A DNA stretch of 64,000 bases from Eledone cirrhosa (GCA_964016885.1 OZ024752.1:41044001-41108000), one strand, 5' to 3'. Shown: positions 1-18,145, counted from the stretch's first letter. Made by a program: numbers and translations. The notes: a model not told the origin generated them from the letters alone.

Positions 1-252
1 ATCCGAACCGGTTGTATTCTCTGAATAGTGTAAATCTGTATTCGTTGTATTTCCTTCGTCGATACTGAAATAATCTGGAAGATTCATTGGTCGGAAATAA
101 CTGCGAAGATCAACATTCTTTTGCCATTCATCTTCAGGTAATAATTCTGGGGAATTGTTTGTAATTCTTACATTAATTGGTAACATTTGAGCTGCCTCAT
201 CGTTGTCAATTCGAGAAAGAAGATTACCATAATATCGTCTATGATGAGTCAT
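1..252 (-). CDS. Probable first coding exon of an unidentified protein, continuing beyond the left edge: MTHHRRYYGNLLSRIDNDEAAQMLPINVRITNNSPELLPEDEWQKNVDLRSYFRPMNLPDYFSIDEGNTTNTDLHYSENTTGSD...
   Basis: 84 stop-free codons in non-repetitive AT-rich DNA, translated by hand. ATG at 252 has A at -3 (CCAACAATG) and an upstream in-frame TAG at 276-274. Absent from the ORF track because no stop lies inside the window. Confidence 0.6.
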   Translation of the reverse strand, partial: MTHHRRYYGNLLSRIDNDEAAQMLPINVRITNNSPELLPEDEWQKNVDLRSYFRPMNLPDYFSIDEGNTTNTDLHYSENTTGSD

Positions 253-409
253 TGTTGGTTTTATTTTTGTAATCTAACCTAATTTCTTTACAGCAACCAT
301 AGATTGCTTTGTTCATTTGATTGACTTTTTCTTTTCTCTTAATAGATATTATTACTATTACTGTTATTCATCTTATTACTAATTAGTATAGTTACTATTA
401 TTATTTCTT

Positions 410-602
410 AGTACCAGTAATGTACTGATGGATTGCTGGCCTTATACCAAAAGTAGAAACAATTATTATTTTTTAGTACCAGTAATGTACCGGGTAATCG
501 CTGGCCTTGTGCCAAAATTAGAAACAATTCTTATTTTTTAGTACCAGTAATGTACTGAGATTTTGCTGGCCTTGTGCCAAAAGTAGAAACAATTATTATT
601 TT
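410..602 (+). repeat. Three tandem ~64 bp copies of the SINE-A 3' tail, followed by (TAG)n at 605-722
   Basis: AGTACCAGTAATGTAC...GCTGGCCTTGTGCCAAAAGTAGAAACAATT occurs three times and matches the 3' end of full SINE-A copies. Confidence 0.8.
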
Positions 603-605
603 TTG

Positions 606-722
<117 letters not shown>

Positions 723-1214
723 ACAAATATGTAAGTAAATAATTATTGCTTCTGGTATTTTCGGTTATCAGTGAATTTTTTTGTGCCTTTGCAAAAAATG
801 ATGGATTTGAACGGCAAAAATTTTTCGAATCGATATTTTGTAAATTTGAAAAAATTTTTGTTTTCCTGTTTTTCGTTTTATAAATATTAACCAACAACGC
901 GATTCCAACGTGAATATGAAGAAGCTGATGCCATTTCTAATAATCAGACCTAATTTGTTTCAAAGTATTGTATCTAAGGTAACACTAACAACAAGAAATC
1001 TCATCTGGAATGACACGTCAATTGAAACAAAAGAAAAAAATAAAATGAAATTATGACGTTTGTCGTATTTCTTCAAGCTGATGACACGGGGTCAAGAGGA
1101 AAATATAATATTTATATATATATATATATATAAAAGATTTGTGTTAGTAGAGTTATTTTTTCTAGTCAAACTGCTGACACGAAGTCAAGAGGAAAGCATA
1201 ACATTTATATAATC

Positions 1215-1340
1215 TTCGTCTGGGATGCCACTTGCAGCGACACTTTCTGCAGCCGCAACCTGGTGCAGTCTGCGACTAACCCAGGTACTGTTGCACGTCG
1301 GGCTGAGGAGGGCAAACTCTCCAAATACCGGTCGATCTCT
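1215..1340 (+). pseudogene. Fragment of a restriction-like endonuclease domain from a CRE-type non-LTR retrotransposon
   Basis: Translates FVWDATCSDTFCSRNLVQSATNPGTVARRAEEGKLSKYRSI, matching the recalled 'WDAT..DT...A..AE..K..KY' RLE motif; GC-richer island. Confidence 0.7.
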
Positions 1341-1434
1341 TGCCCTAGGCCCAAAACCTTCCCTCTTAACCTCTCTCCTCTCTTATGCGAAACCAGAGCT
1401 CTTGTCATCCCCCTCCTCTTCGCGTTCTTTTTCT

Positions 1435-1465
<31 letters not shown>

Positions 1466-1829
1466 CTCTTTTCTTTTTTATATTTCCCTATTCTTTCTTT
1501 CCTTTTCTTTCCCCGTTTTTAAATTTGTTCTTACTAAATTTTATTTTAAAAATCAACACCAATAAAAGACTTATCAATTCGGAAATAAATTGAAAAGAAA
1601 ATCTTTTAACGGTAAATAAAAAAATCTTTTAACAGTAAATAAAAAATCTCAATAAAAAGAAGATATCTATAAAGGAATATTCCGCAAAGAAATGATTTAT
1701 AAAAAGGATAATAAATATATTCATGTCTGCTACACCATTTCACTGGTGGGCCACCATTTGCTCAGATAGTGTGAGATGGGGAGAGCGGTAGAGACGGAGG
1801 CAGTGACAGTGAGAGTTTGATTCCATTAG

Positions 1830-2020
1830 ATGAATTGGCAGTATCGGTAGAGGATCGGACGCCATGCTTTGGCGCATAGAGTTACGGCCCTTGCCATTCT
1901 GAGTTCAAATCCCGTCGCGGTTAAATAACTTTGCCTGTTATCCTAATGGGGGTCGATAAAATAAAGTACCAGTAATACACTGATATAATTGCTGGCCTTG
2001 TGCCTATTGTAGAAACAATT
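1830..2020 (+). mobile_element. SINE-A copy (tRNA-derived)
   Basis: A box TGGCAGTATCGG, B box GAGTTCAAATCC, body GGGGTCGATAAAATAAAGTACCAGT, tail GTAGAAACAATT. Confidence 0.85.
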
Positions 2021-2388
2021 AGGGACTGACCTAGTGTATATATGACGGTGGGAGTTTTGTTCTTCAGTGTTCGGACATATTGTACCTGTCAAAAATGTAT
2101 GTTGATATACTCCGTCATCCATTTTTTCCCCTCAAGAAATCTTATATATACATATGCACATGCTGTATACATATTTATAAGAATTTTGGCTGGGGTATAT
2201 CTATATATTTATTTATTTACCACACCATATTAACTTTATATAAGGTATAACATATTTGAGGATAACAGCAATAAATAATTGTCTCTACTTTTGGCACAAG
2301 GCCAGCAATTATCCCAGTGTAATGAAATCTGGATGTGGACAGTGGACAACATGGAAAACTCTGTCATATATATATATGTATGTGTATG

Positions 2389-3135
<747 letters not shown>

Positions 3136-3639
3136 TTATGTATATATATATGTATATATACATATATATATATATAGGAATGAAAATGGCGTGCTGTGTT
3201 GTTGCATGTGATATATATATAAATAGTTTTCCTCTCTTTAGGTTGCCTCACCATTCGTGTTTGTTTACCTGTCTCTCTTTCTCCACTCAACTCTTTTTAT
3301 CCCAATAACTTAATTTAGTTATTGTATTGCCCTGGCCTGAGGTATATGGTCTGTAATGCGAAGAAATACCTATGATGGCTAGTAGACCACTGATGAGGGA
3401 TAGTCCTGGCTTCTATTTCTCATTCTTCATTTTATTTATATATATATATATATATACATATATACATGTATGTATGTATATATATATAGAGAGAGAGAGA
3501 GATATGTGTGTGTGTGAGTGTGTGAGTATGTGTGTGTATGTGTGTGTGTATGTATCTGCTACACCTCTAGGAAAAAAGGATGTGACATTCATGAGAAAGT
3601 CTGTTATATAAAGAGATTAGAGAGATGTAGTGAATAAGT

Positions 3640-3674
3640 GGGGCGAGGGAGAGAGAGAGAGATATATATATATA

Positions 3675-3749
<75 letters not shown>

Positions 3750-3756
3750 GGAGAAA

Positions 3757-3788
<32 letters not shown>

Positions 3789-3883
3789 TCAGAGACAGAG
3801 TGAGAGAGAGAGGGACAAAGAGAGAGAGGGAGAGAGAGAGACAGAGAGAGATATAGAAAGAGGGAGGCAGCTAGAGAGAGCAA

Positions 3884-3927
<44 letters not shown>

Positions 3928-4053
3928 GATATATATATAAAGAGAAAAGAGAGAGAGAGAGAGTCAGAGACAGAGTGAGAGAGAGAGGGACAAAGACAGA
4001 GAGGGAGAAGGAGAGAGAGAGACAGAGAGAGAGATAGAAAGAAGGAGGGAGCT

Positions 4054-4105
<52 letters not shown>

Positions 4106-4790
4106 AGGGAGAGAGAGAGAGAGAGAAGGAGAGAGAGAGAGAGTGAGAGAGAGAGAGAGAGCTAGGGAGGAAAGAGGGAGGGAGCTAGAGAGAGAGAGTG
4201 AGAGGGAGAGAGAGAGAGAGAGAGAGAGACTCTATATATGGAATAACAATAATACAGAAATAGCTCCACACAAACCGTCTAAAGCATTGAAACCAGACAA
4301 TTTAAATCTATTTCTCGAAAATACATTTCTTTTAATTATCTTACTTCTCCTCCTTTATTTTCTCGCCTACTTTCATCTCTGATACTCTCTCTCTCACACT
4401 TTTTCTCCCTTTCTCTCTCGCTATTTCTCTCTCTGTCACTCTCTCTCTCTTTCTCCTCTTTCTCTCTCTCGCCTCTCCCTCTCTCTCTTCTCTCTCACTC
4501 TTCCTCTCCCCTTCTTTCTCTCTCTGTCACTCTCTCTCTCCTCTCTCTCTCGCCTATCTCTCTCTCTCCTATCCCACTCTTCCTCTCCCATTCTCTCTCT
4601 CTCTGTGTCACTCTCTCTCTCTTCTCTCTTTATCTCTCTCTCTCTTCCTCTCACTTTCTCTCTCTCTCTGTCACTCTCTCTCTCTCTCTCTCGCCTGTCT
4701 CTCTCTCCTCTCTCACTCTTACTCACCCTTTCTCTCTCTCGCCTGTCTCTCTCTCCTCTCTCACTCTTACTCTCCCTTTCTCTCTCTCTA
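3640..4790. repeat. (GA)n-rich tract (3640-4230) followed by a (CT)n-rich tract (4380-4790)
   Basis: Direct reading of degenerate purine and pyrimidine microsatellites. Confidence 0.9.
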
Positions 4791-4884
4791 CAGAGAAGAT
4801 GTAGAAGAGGAAAAACAGAAAGATATTTACAAAAGGAGCGCTTGTGTATGTTTGATCAGCCATTTTGACGAAGTGATATATATA

Positions 4885-5100
4885 CGATTTTGTCTTGCAA
4901 TATTCTTGATGTGAAATCATGTGTTGAAATATATATTGTTACATTTGGGGCTGTTCAGTTCAACTTTATTATTATTATTCGTTCAACAAAGTTCTTTCGT
5001 CACACTTCCTGTGCCCTCTTCAATTTGTTCTTCACTGTTCCTTCTCGGCTTTCTGTTATTATTTTGTTTGGTCCAGGAAAGAAGAGGGTTAATCAATAAT
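4885..5100 (-). mobile_element. Degenerate family N-like hammerhead element
   Basis: Minus strand TTGAAGA-GGGCAC...GTGAC-GAAA-GAAC-TT near 4985-5025; TGAAATCATGTGTTGAAA is shared with 21675-21693. Confidence 0.55.
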
Positions 5101-5128
5101 ATAACTATATATATATATATATATATAT

Positions 5129-5197
<69 letters not shown>

Positions 5198-5284
5198 GAG
5201 ATTTGTTCAAATTGCGTTAGTAGAATCAATTAAACAGATTGTTCAACAAGAATCGAAGTCTGCCTACAGTAGTGTTTACATACG

Positions 5285-5318
<34 letters not shown>

Positions 5319-5414
5319 CATACATACATACACATATGCGCACACATGAAGCAGCGATTCTTTGCTTAAACTTTAATCTGTTATTTTAATAAATATATAT
5401 ATATATATATATAT

Positions 5415-5517
5415 AGGAACCAGTAGGACCCCGACGGCTGAGCTCAAGCCGTTTCGACTAAGTATTGAGTACTTTGGTGCGTTATGGTCCACCTGGTTCC
5501 TTACCACATTTCCTTCG

Positions 5518-5518
<1 letters not shown>
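5415..5518 (+). mobile_element. Family A element: inverted arm joined directly to the tail
   Basis: Same two fixed ends as 2432-2611; the forward arm is absent. Confidence 0.8.
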
Positions 5519-5570
<52 letters not shown>

Positions 5571-5597
5571 CACACACATGTGTGTATATATATATAT

Positions 5598-6205
5598 GGT
5601 GGCTGCCAACTCGTTTTCGAGTACGGCCACTACCTTATATCCATGTAGGAGAACCCCTACCGATGCGCTGAACGAGTGTGACTTTTTAGTCCAGCCAGCG
5701 ACTTGAAAACTCTGGCACAAACACTACACTTGTGACAATTACTGACACATAGTGCTGGGCCCATGGTACCATGTGAGGACAAGTGCAGAGAGATCTCCAG
5801 ATATAAAGCAATGCCTGTGCCGTGAAGCTTTTATAGTGAGCAAAGGCATTGCACAAAGCCAGTCCCACTCTCTTGACCAAGATGATATTTACCAAAAAGA
5901 AGAACAAGTCAACATCATTGGATACCATCAGAGCTGCAGGTGTTATATCAGAGTTTTCCTTCTCCTAGAATTCTGCCTTGACAAAGGCTAAGGGGTCATC
6001 ACTCCCGGTGATTTTGGATGGCCATTGACTCTTAAGAGCTCCTTTGCCCTTTGACAGGTTTTGTTTTTAGTCCTGCAGGATGTCCAAAGTCACCCTCCTC
6101 ACCAAGAAACCTTAGTGGGGTTGCCAGTTTAGTCGCCAACGACCCGACCATGAAACAGGTTGTACTGGGATACATGTTACCAGTAGCACCAACTGGTGAC
6201 CTGAC
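5598..6205 (-). mobile_element. About 610 bp bipartite RTE-derived non-autonomous element (5'UTR-like part plus ORF end and 3' hairpin)
   Basis: Minus strand contains CTAGGAGAAGGAAAACTCTGA (recalled RTE 5' motif) followed by the same zinc-finger and 3' hairpin segment as 2739-3058; flanked by (TA)n. Confidence 0.7.
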
Positions 6206-6304
6206 ATAATATATATACATATATATACATATATATATATACATATATATATATACATATATATACATATATATATATACATATATATATATACATATAT
6301 ATAC

Positions 6305-6336
<32 letters not shown>

Positions 6337-6638
6337 GTATGTATGTGTATATGAAAGAGACTGATAGAGTGGGGTAACTGTGTGTGAGAGATAAAGAAGA
6401 GAGAACACTAAAGATACGATTTCAATGGTATAGAAAAAAAACAGTGGAAAACAAAGAGAGAGAACCGGTGAATCGAACATATATATAAAAGGATAAGAGA
6501 TATTAAAAATAGAAAATAGAATTAAAGCTGATGAAATAGTTTGGCACGCTCACACACATATATTGTATTGATATATATATATATATTTGTATATATATAT
6601 ATGTATATATTTATATATATATATATATATATATACAG

Positions 6639-6669
<31 letters not shown>

Positions 6670-6672
6670 TTG

Positions 6673-6725
<53 letters not shown>

Positions 6726-6841
6726 GTGTGTGTGTGTATATGTATACATGGGTAATATATATATATGTAAATGTATGTATGCATGCATATATGTAAATAT
6801 ATATATATATATACATATATAAATATATATATATACATACA

Positions 6842-6899
<58 letters not shown>

Positions 6900-7249
6900 C
6901 ATATATGTATGTATATATATATATATATAATATATATATATATGTATATATATATACACACACACACATATATATATATATATGTACACACACATACATA
7001 TATATATATATGTATATATGTTGACGTACATAATTACATATATGTGTGTGTGTTTGTGTGTTTAAGAATAGAAAGTGTGTGTGTGTGTACGTGTGTATGT
7101 GCGTACGGTGAGGGAATCACCGTGTGTAACACAAGACTATGGATCTGCTTCTGGAATGTTCCTCCATGTAGGTAAACTGACAATAACGGTTTCCTCACCC
7201 CCACCGCCCTCTCGAGAAAACTTGGCAAAAATACAATGCCTCCAAATTG

Positions 7250-7281
<32 letters not shown>

Positions 7282-7425
7282 TGTATGTTTGTATGTATGT
7301 ATGTATGTATGTATGTATGTTTGTATGTATGTATGTATGTATGTATGTATGTATGTATGTATGTATGTATATGTATGTATGTATGTATATATGACTGTAT
7401 GTATATATATACTCTCATATATAAC

Positions 7426-7460
<35 letters not shown>

Positions 7461-7469
7461 TATAAATAC

Positions 7470-7513
<44 letters not shown>

Positions 7514-7521
7514 GTATATAT

Positions 7522-7599
<78 letters not shown>

Positions 7600-7600
7600 G

Positions 7601-7708
<108 letters not shown>

Positions 7709-7829
7709 TTTATATAAATACCATTTCGCAGTATCTTTCATGGAGAAGTGCCTACACGGATCTCTATGAAGCTACTGGAGTCTGTATGTATAAATATCCA
7801 TATTATATACACACACACGTATATGTATG

Positions 7830-8068
<239 letters not shown>

Positions 8069-8310
8069 TTACACGTGCATGTAAATATACTTACACGCAC
8101 TTATACATGCATACATATACAAAACAAATGTGCATATATATATATATATACATATATATTCATTTATATACGTTTATAGTGACATATATATATATACATC
8201 TATATATATATACATCTATATATATATATACATACATACGTATGTATATATATATATACATCTATGTATGTATATATAAATATCCATATACATATATATA
8301 TACATACACA

Positions 8311-8366
<56 letters not shown>

Positions 8367-8369
8367 ACT

Positions 8370-8416
<47 letters not shown>

Positions 8417-8627
8417 CATACATATATATATATATATATGTCTATTTATAAATTATATTTTTCTTATATAATCTTGTATTTTCCTTTTACTTCTTACCCA
8501 CTTTACAATGTGACTGACCATGGTAATGTACCGCCCTTAAAAACTTTACTCTGCCGCAGTATTTATTATGTAGTAGGTTTATTAGGATTAGTACTTAGTT
8601 TACCAATAGACTCCCTCCACACACACA

Positions 8628-8675
<48 letters not shown>

Positions 8676-8746
8676 TATATTCATTCTACCTCCTCCATAG
8701 CGTGATACAAACAAGACTTAAATTTTGTGTTTGTGTCGTCATTTCT

Positions 8747-8782
<36 letters not shown>

Positions 8783-8785
8783 TAT

Positions 8786-8881
8786 TAATATAGAAGAGCT
8801 TCTACAGGACTAGATCTGTTTCATTCGTGAGAAATCATCAGGAAACTTACTGTGATTATTTCCAATTCAACCCGGAATAAC
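8786..8881. mobile_element. Family B element: inverted hammerhead arm plus short tail
   Basis: Minus TTC-CTGATGA-TTTCTCACGAAT-GAAA-CAG-ATCTAGTC-CTG-TA-GAA; tail TTCAACCCGGAATA. Confidence 0.75.
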
Positions 8882-8926
8882 TTATATATATATATATATA
8901 TTTATGTGTGTGTTTGTGATATACGG

Positions 8927-8977
<51 letters not shown>

Positions 8978-9018
8978 GTGTGTGTGTGTATATGTGTGTG
9001 TGTATATGTGTGTGTGTA

Positions 9019-9188
9019 TCCCGGGTTCAATCGGGGGGTAACCACAGTAAGTAAGGTACTCAATACATAGCAGGGTATAAATATTTAATACAGAAATGGC
9101 TTCTACAGGACTAGAACTGTTTCAATCGGGCTTCCTGGTGATTTCTCCCGAATAAAACAGTTCTAGTCCTGTAGAAGCCATTTCTACA
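9019..9188 (-). mobile_element. Family B fold-back element (diverged)
   Basis: Inverted arms TTCTACAGGACTAGAACTGTTT / AAACAGTTCTAGTCCTGTAGAA; tail GTACTCAATAC on the plus strand. Confidence 0.75.
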
Positions 9189-9218
9189 TACATAGATGTA
9201 TATATATATATATATACA

Positions 9219-9323
<105 letters not shown>

Positions 9324-9491
9324 ACACACACATATATATATATATATATCATTACAAGTGTGAAGAGTAACCAGACAAAATTTACTTAATTTTTCTTGGT
9401 AGTCCAGAAGAATTTACAAAATCTGTTATTAATTAATCTTAGGTAAATCTAATATATATATATATATACACATATATATGTGTGTGTGTGT

Positions 9492-9540
<49 letters not shown>

Positions 9541-9671
9541 ATATATATATGTTTCTGTATATACATATATATATATATATATATATACATATGTTTCTCT
9601 GTGTATGTGTGTATTTATTATCTTTTCTGAATTTTTTGTCAGTTTGTATGTAATTTTGTTGTCATGTATTT

Positions 9672-9857
9672 AATTGTTTCTACTTTTGGCACAAGGCCAG
9701 CAATAACCCAGTGCATTACTGGTACTTTATTTTATCGACCCCCGTAACAATGAAAGGCAAAGTTAACCTCGGCTGGATTTGAACTCAGAATGGCAAGGGC
9801 CTTAACTCTATGCGTCAAAACATGGCGTCCGACCCACTACCGATACTGCCAATCCAT
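9672..9857 (-). mobile_element. SINE-A copy
   Basis: Reverse complement of the SINE-A pattern with both pol III boxes. Confidence 0.85.
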
Positions 9858-9998
9858 AATGGAAATATTTTAAGTCATCGATGAATCAAATAACTGTAGT
9901 CATACATGGAACTACAAATAAATTCTATCTATCTGCTGCTTCTACTCACAAAACATTTCCTGATTCACAGACAACTCCAGTATATATACATAAATATA

Positions 9999-10197
9999 TT
10001 GGTAAACGGAATAGAAAATGCTGACAAATTGTTCACAGTTGAAAAATGGTTTAATTAGGAATAAAAGAGTATTAGTGATTGTATGGGTTAGTATTCAGTT
10101 GTGGTTTTAAGTTTTTAAGTTTTTACCGGTTGCGCATTTCTAAATGCTTTTCAAAAATAATTTTGAGACAGAGTGTCCGTGCTGTTTGCTCTGATAC
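9999..10197 (-). mobile_element. Family L element with a hammerhead-like variant core
   Basis: Minus TTGAAAA-GCATTT-AG-AAATGC-GCAA-CCGG-TA; homologous to 62892-63158 and to the short end at 29213-29240. Confidence 0.65.
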
Positions 10198-10373
10198 ATA
10201 AATATATATACACATGTACATAAGTGTGTGTGCGCATGTATATGTACATATATATATATGTAAGTATTTATGTATGTATATATGTGTATGTATATATGTA
10301 TAATTTATACATATATATGTGCGTGTTGGCGTGTGTGTGTGTGTATATGTATATATATTTGTGTATGTATATA

Positions 10374-10407
<34 letters not shown>

Positions 10408-10651
10408 CTCTTTTACCCTTTTACCTGTTTCAGCCATCCGGCTGAGGCCATGTATATATATATATATTAATGTGTGTGTATATATATGTATATATGTATA
10501 TATGTATATATGTATATATACATATATATATTTACATATATATATTTACATATATATGTATATATATATATATATACATAACAGAATTTTGTAGCTTGTT
10601 TGAAGCAGTTTTCAAAATTTAAATATCTACATATACATATATGTATATACA

Positions 10652-10729
<78 letters not shown>

Positions 10730-11186
10730 CATATATATACATATACATATATATACATATACATATATATATATATATATACATACATATACATATATAT
10801 ATATATACATATACATACATATATATATATATATATATAATTATATATACATACATACAATGTAAGTAAATATATCCGATTGTTGGATACCAACCAGCAT
10901 GTATATATACGGGATATCTGCTGTCACAGGTTTTTATTTGCAACACTCCGTGTCTTGTAATCATTCTACTACTGTTCCTTCTGTAGTTCTTTCCTTATAT
11001 CCAATCTCTAACTTACGCGTTTGGTGCTAGGGTTGTTTGATTTACCGTACTGCGCGGTATCAATTTTGTTTAGCTTTTTATGTGTAACTCATCTCATAAA
11101 CGGAAACACATGCAAAAACATGCACAAATATGCAGCCACATTCGTGCACATGTGGATTTATGCTACTATTATTATTTTTGTTGTTG

Positions 11187-11218
<32 letters not shown>

Positions 11219-11355
11219 GGTGGTGTTGTTGTTGTTGTTGTTGTTGTTGTTGCTGTTGCTGTTGTTGTTTTATACTTTTTATTTCACTGCTCTTGAAGAA
11301 AGTGGCACTGCTAATGCCCTTGGCAAAACTGATGTCGTTATATGTATGTTTATAT

Positions 11356-11392
<37 letters not shown>

Positions 11393-11401
11393 TTGTGTGT
11401 G

Positions 11402-11503
<102 letters not shown>

Positions 11504-11642
11504 CATATATATGCATATATAGTATATATATATATATGTAGATATAATTATGCATATAATTATAATATATATATTTATATATACATATATATATGTATAT
11601 ATATTTATACATATATATGTATATATATTTATACATATATTT

Positions 11643-11773
<131 letters not shown>

Positions 11774-12210
11774 CACACACACATATATATATAGTAAAAG
11801 CAAATTCCAACAGAAACACAGATATCCAAACAAATACCTAAATTCTTATTAATATCACACTTAGGAAGAGATGGAGGCACCTTCAACTCTATGTGTGTAT
11901 TTCTACTTGAATATATTTACCTATATACATATACTCACTCACACATACTCACACACACTCACACACACTCACACACACTCACACACACTCACACACACTC
12001 ACACACATGTTGGGAAAGAAATCTAGAAATATGAATACCAGGATGAAAGCATATAAATAAAAAAAAACACAAGGTGATTCTTGTAACTATATAAAAAATA
12101 TATGGAAACTTAAAGAAGATTTAAAGGTGAGTGAGAGGGTGATATCGAGTTGGATTAACAGATAGGGAAAGAATGACAGAAGGCTTATAGGGAAATAAAA
12201 AATATAAACA

Positions 12211-12730
12211 TTGGGTCGTCGTCAAGTATCGAATTTGGAGAAATTTGTAGAAAAAAAATGCAAATTTCTATAAATTTCATACTTGAAGACTTAATACATA
12301 TTACTATAAAGAATTTGTTTTTTTCTAGTCAAGCTGATGACACGAAGTTAAGAGGAAAACATAACATTTATATATATTTTACTATATAAGATTTGTGTTA
12401 GTAGAGTTGTTTTTTTCTAGTCAAACTGGTGACACAAAGTTAAGAGGAAAACATAACATTTATATATATTTTACTATATAAGATTTGTGTTAGAGTTGTT
12501 TTTTTCTAGTCAAGCTGATGACACAAAGTTAAGAGGAAAACATAATATTTATATATATTTTACTATATAAGATTTGTGTTAGTAGAGTTGTTTTTTTCTA
12601 GTCAAACTGTTGACACAAAGTTAAGAGGAAAACATAACAGTTATATATATTCCTATAAAAGATTTGTGCTGTATTAGAGTTGCTTTTCCAGTCAAATGAA
12701 TTCCTACAAATTTCATATTTGACGACCCAA
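12211..12730. mobile_element. MITE-like element with ~30 bp imperfect TIRs enclosing about four ~90 bp tandem units
   Basis: Ends TTGGGTCGTC...GACGACCCAA, the right end followed by TA; internal unit AAGATTTGTGTTAGTAGAGTTG...GAGGAAAACATAAC also occurs at about 1065-1210. Confidence 0.6.
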
Positions 12731-13026
12731 TAATTGATTTTGGGAAAATTATAAATGCGAAAGTCTGTTCACACATACACATATCCACATACTCCAGCAG
12801 AGTTTATAGTGACACACACACATACATAGAAACTCTACTCTCTCTCTCTCTCTCTCTCCCTCTCCCCCTCTCCTCCTCTCACCCCTCTTTCTCTCTCAAA
12901 CACACACAGAAATTAAAAGGTTATAAAATTAAAGATGTTGATAAAAAGTTGGTTATATAGGAAAAATAATAAAGAATTCAGGTTGTAACTAAAGTATTAT
13001 TTCATATTTCCTTCTCTATGTATATG

Positions 13027-13124
<98 letters not shown>

Positions 13125-13189
13125 CTATATATATATATAAATATATACATATATGTATAATATATATACATATATGTATATGATATATA

Positions 13190-13227
<38 letters not shown>

Positions 13228-13416
13228 CTATATATATATATAAATATATACATATATGTATAATATATATACATATATGTATATGATATATATCTATATA
13301 TATATATATGTATATATACACACACACCTATATATATACATATACATAATTGTATATATATATACATATATGCATATATATGTATATACATAGTTATATA
13401 TATATACATATATGTA

Positions 13417-13504
<88 letters not shown>

Positions 13505-13628
13505 CATAATTGTATAATTGTATATATATATATACATATATGTATATATATGTATATACATATATGTATATATATACATATATGTATATATATATATATA
13601 TATACATATATGTATGTATATATATATA

Positions 13629-13699
13629 TTAGCCGTCGAAACGGCTTGAGCTCAGCCGTCGGGGTCTTACTTGTTCCTATATATATATATATACATATA

Positions 13700-13745
<46 letters not shown>

Positions 13746-13933
13746 AACCAGTAAGACCCCGACAGCTGAGCTCAAGCCGTTTCGACGGCTAATTCTGGAC
13801 AGAATTAGCCGTCGAAACGGCTTGAGCTCAGCTGTCGGGGTCTTACTGGTTCCTATTACCCACTCTACTACCTCAAGTATTGAGTACTTTGGTGCGTTAT
13901 GGTCCACCTGGTTCCTTACCACATTTCCTTCGT
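13629..13933 (+). mobile_element. Two family A insertions: a tail-less arm (13629-13678) and a full fold-back (13743-13933)
   Basis: Same sequence and fixed ends as other family A copies; separated by (TA)n. Confidence 0.8.
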
Positions 13934-13984
13934 TATATATATATATATATATATATATATTAAGAGAGAGAAAGTGAGTGAGCT

Positions 13985-14019
<35 letters not shown>

Positions 14020-14089
14020 GGGAGAGAGATAGACAGCAAAAGGTCTTAAGAGATGAAACCCACGTCAAGCAAGTGTTAAGGGTCTTCTA

Positions 14090-17370
<3,281 letters not shown>

Positions 17371-17456
17371 TGGATATTTCTCCGAGGAAGATATAAATGT
17401 CACCTTCGAATTAATATCTTCGTACAGCATTTGGTGTCTCCTATTTTGTTTATATT

Positions 17457-18145
17457 ATTGGCCTTTCATCCTTACAAGGTCGATAAAATAAAGTACCAGT
17501 AACGCATTGGGGTCGATTTAATCGACTTTCCCCTCCCCCAAAATTACTAGCTTGTGCCTATACTAGAAATCATTATTTTCCTTTCATCCTTACGGGGTCG
17601 ATTAAATAAAGTACCAGTAACGCATTGGGGTCGATTTAATCGACTTTCCCCTCCCCCAAAATTACTAGCTTGTGCCTATACTAGAAATCATTATTTTCCT
17701 TTCATCCTTACGGGGTCGATTAAATAAAGTACCAGTAACGCATTGGGGTCGATTTAATCGACTTTCTCCTCCCCCAAAATTACTAGCTTGTGCCTATACT
17801 AGAAATCATTATTTTCCTTTCATCCTTACGGGGTCAATAAAATAAAGTACCAGTAATGTACTGACGTCGATTTAAACGACTTTCCCCTCCCTCCGAATTA
17901 CTAGCCTTATACCTAAAGTAGAAAACATTATGTGCCTTTCATCCTTACGGGCTCGATTAAATAAAATACCAGTAATGTACTGCGTCGATTTAAACGACTT
18001 TCCCCTCCCTCCGAATTACTAGCCTTGTACCTAAAGTAGAAAACATTATGTGCCTTTCATCCTTACGGAGTTGATAAAATAAAGTACCAGTGATACACTG
18101 GGATAACTGCTGGCCTTGTGCCAAAAGTAGAAACAATTATTTTAT
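17457..18145 (+). repeat. Tandem array of about six ~120 bp units derived from the SINE-A body and tail
   Basis: Repeated CCTTTCATCCTTACGGGGTCGAT...AAGTACCAGTAA...TAGAAA; no tRNA head. Confidence 0.85.
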
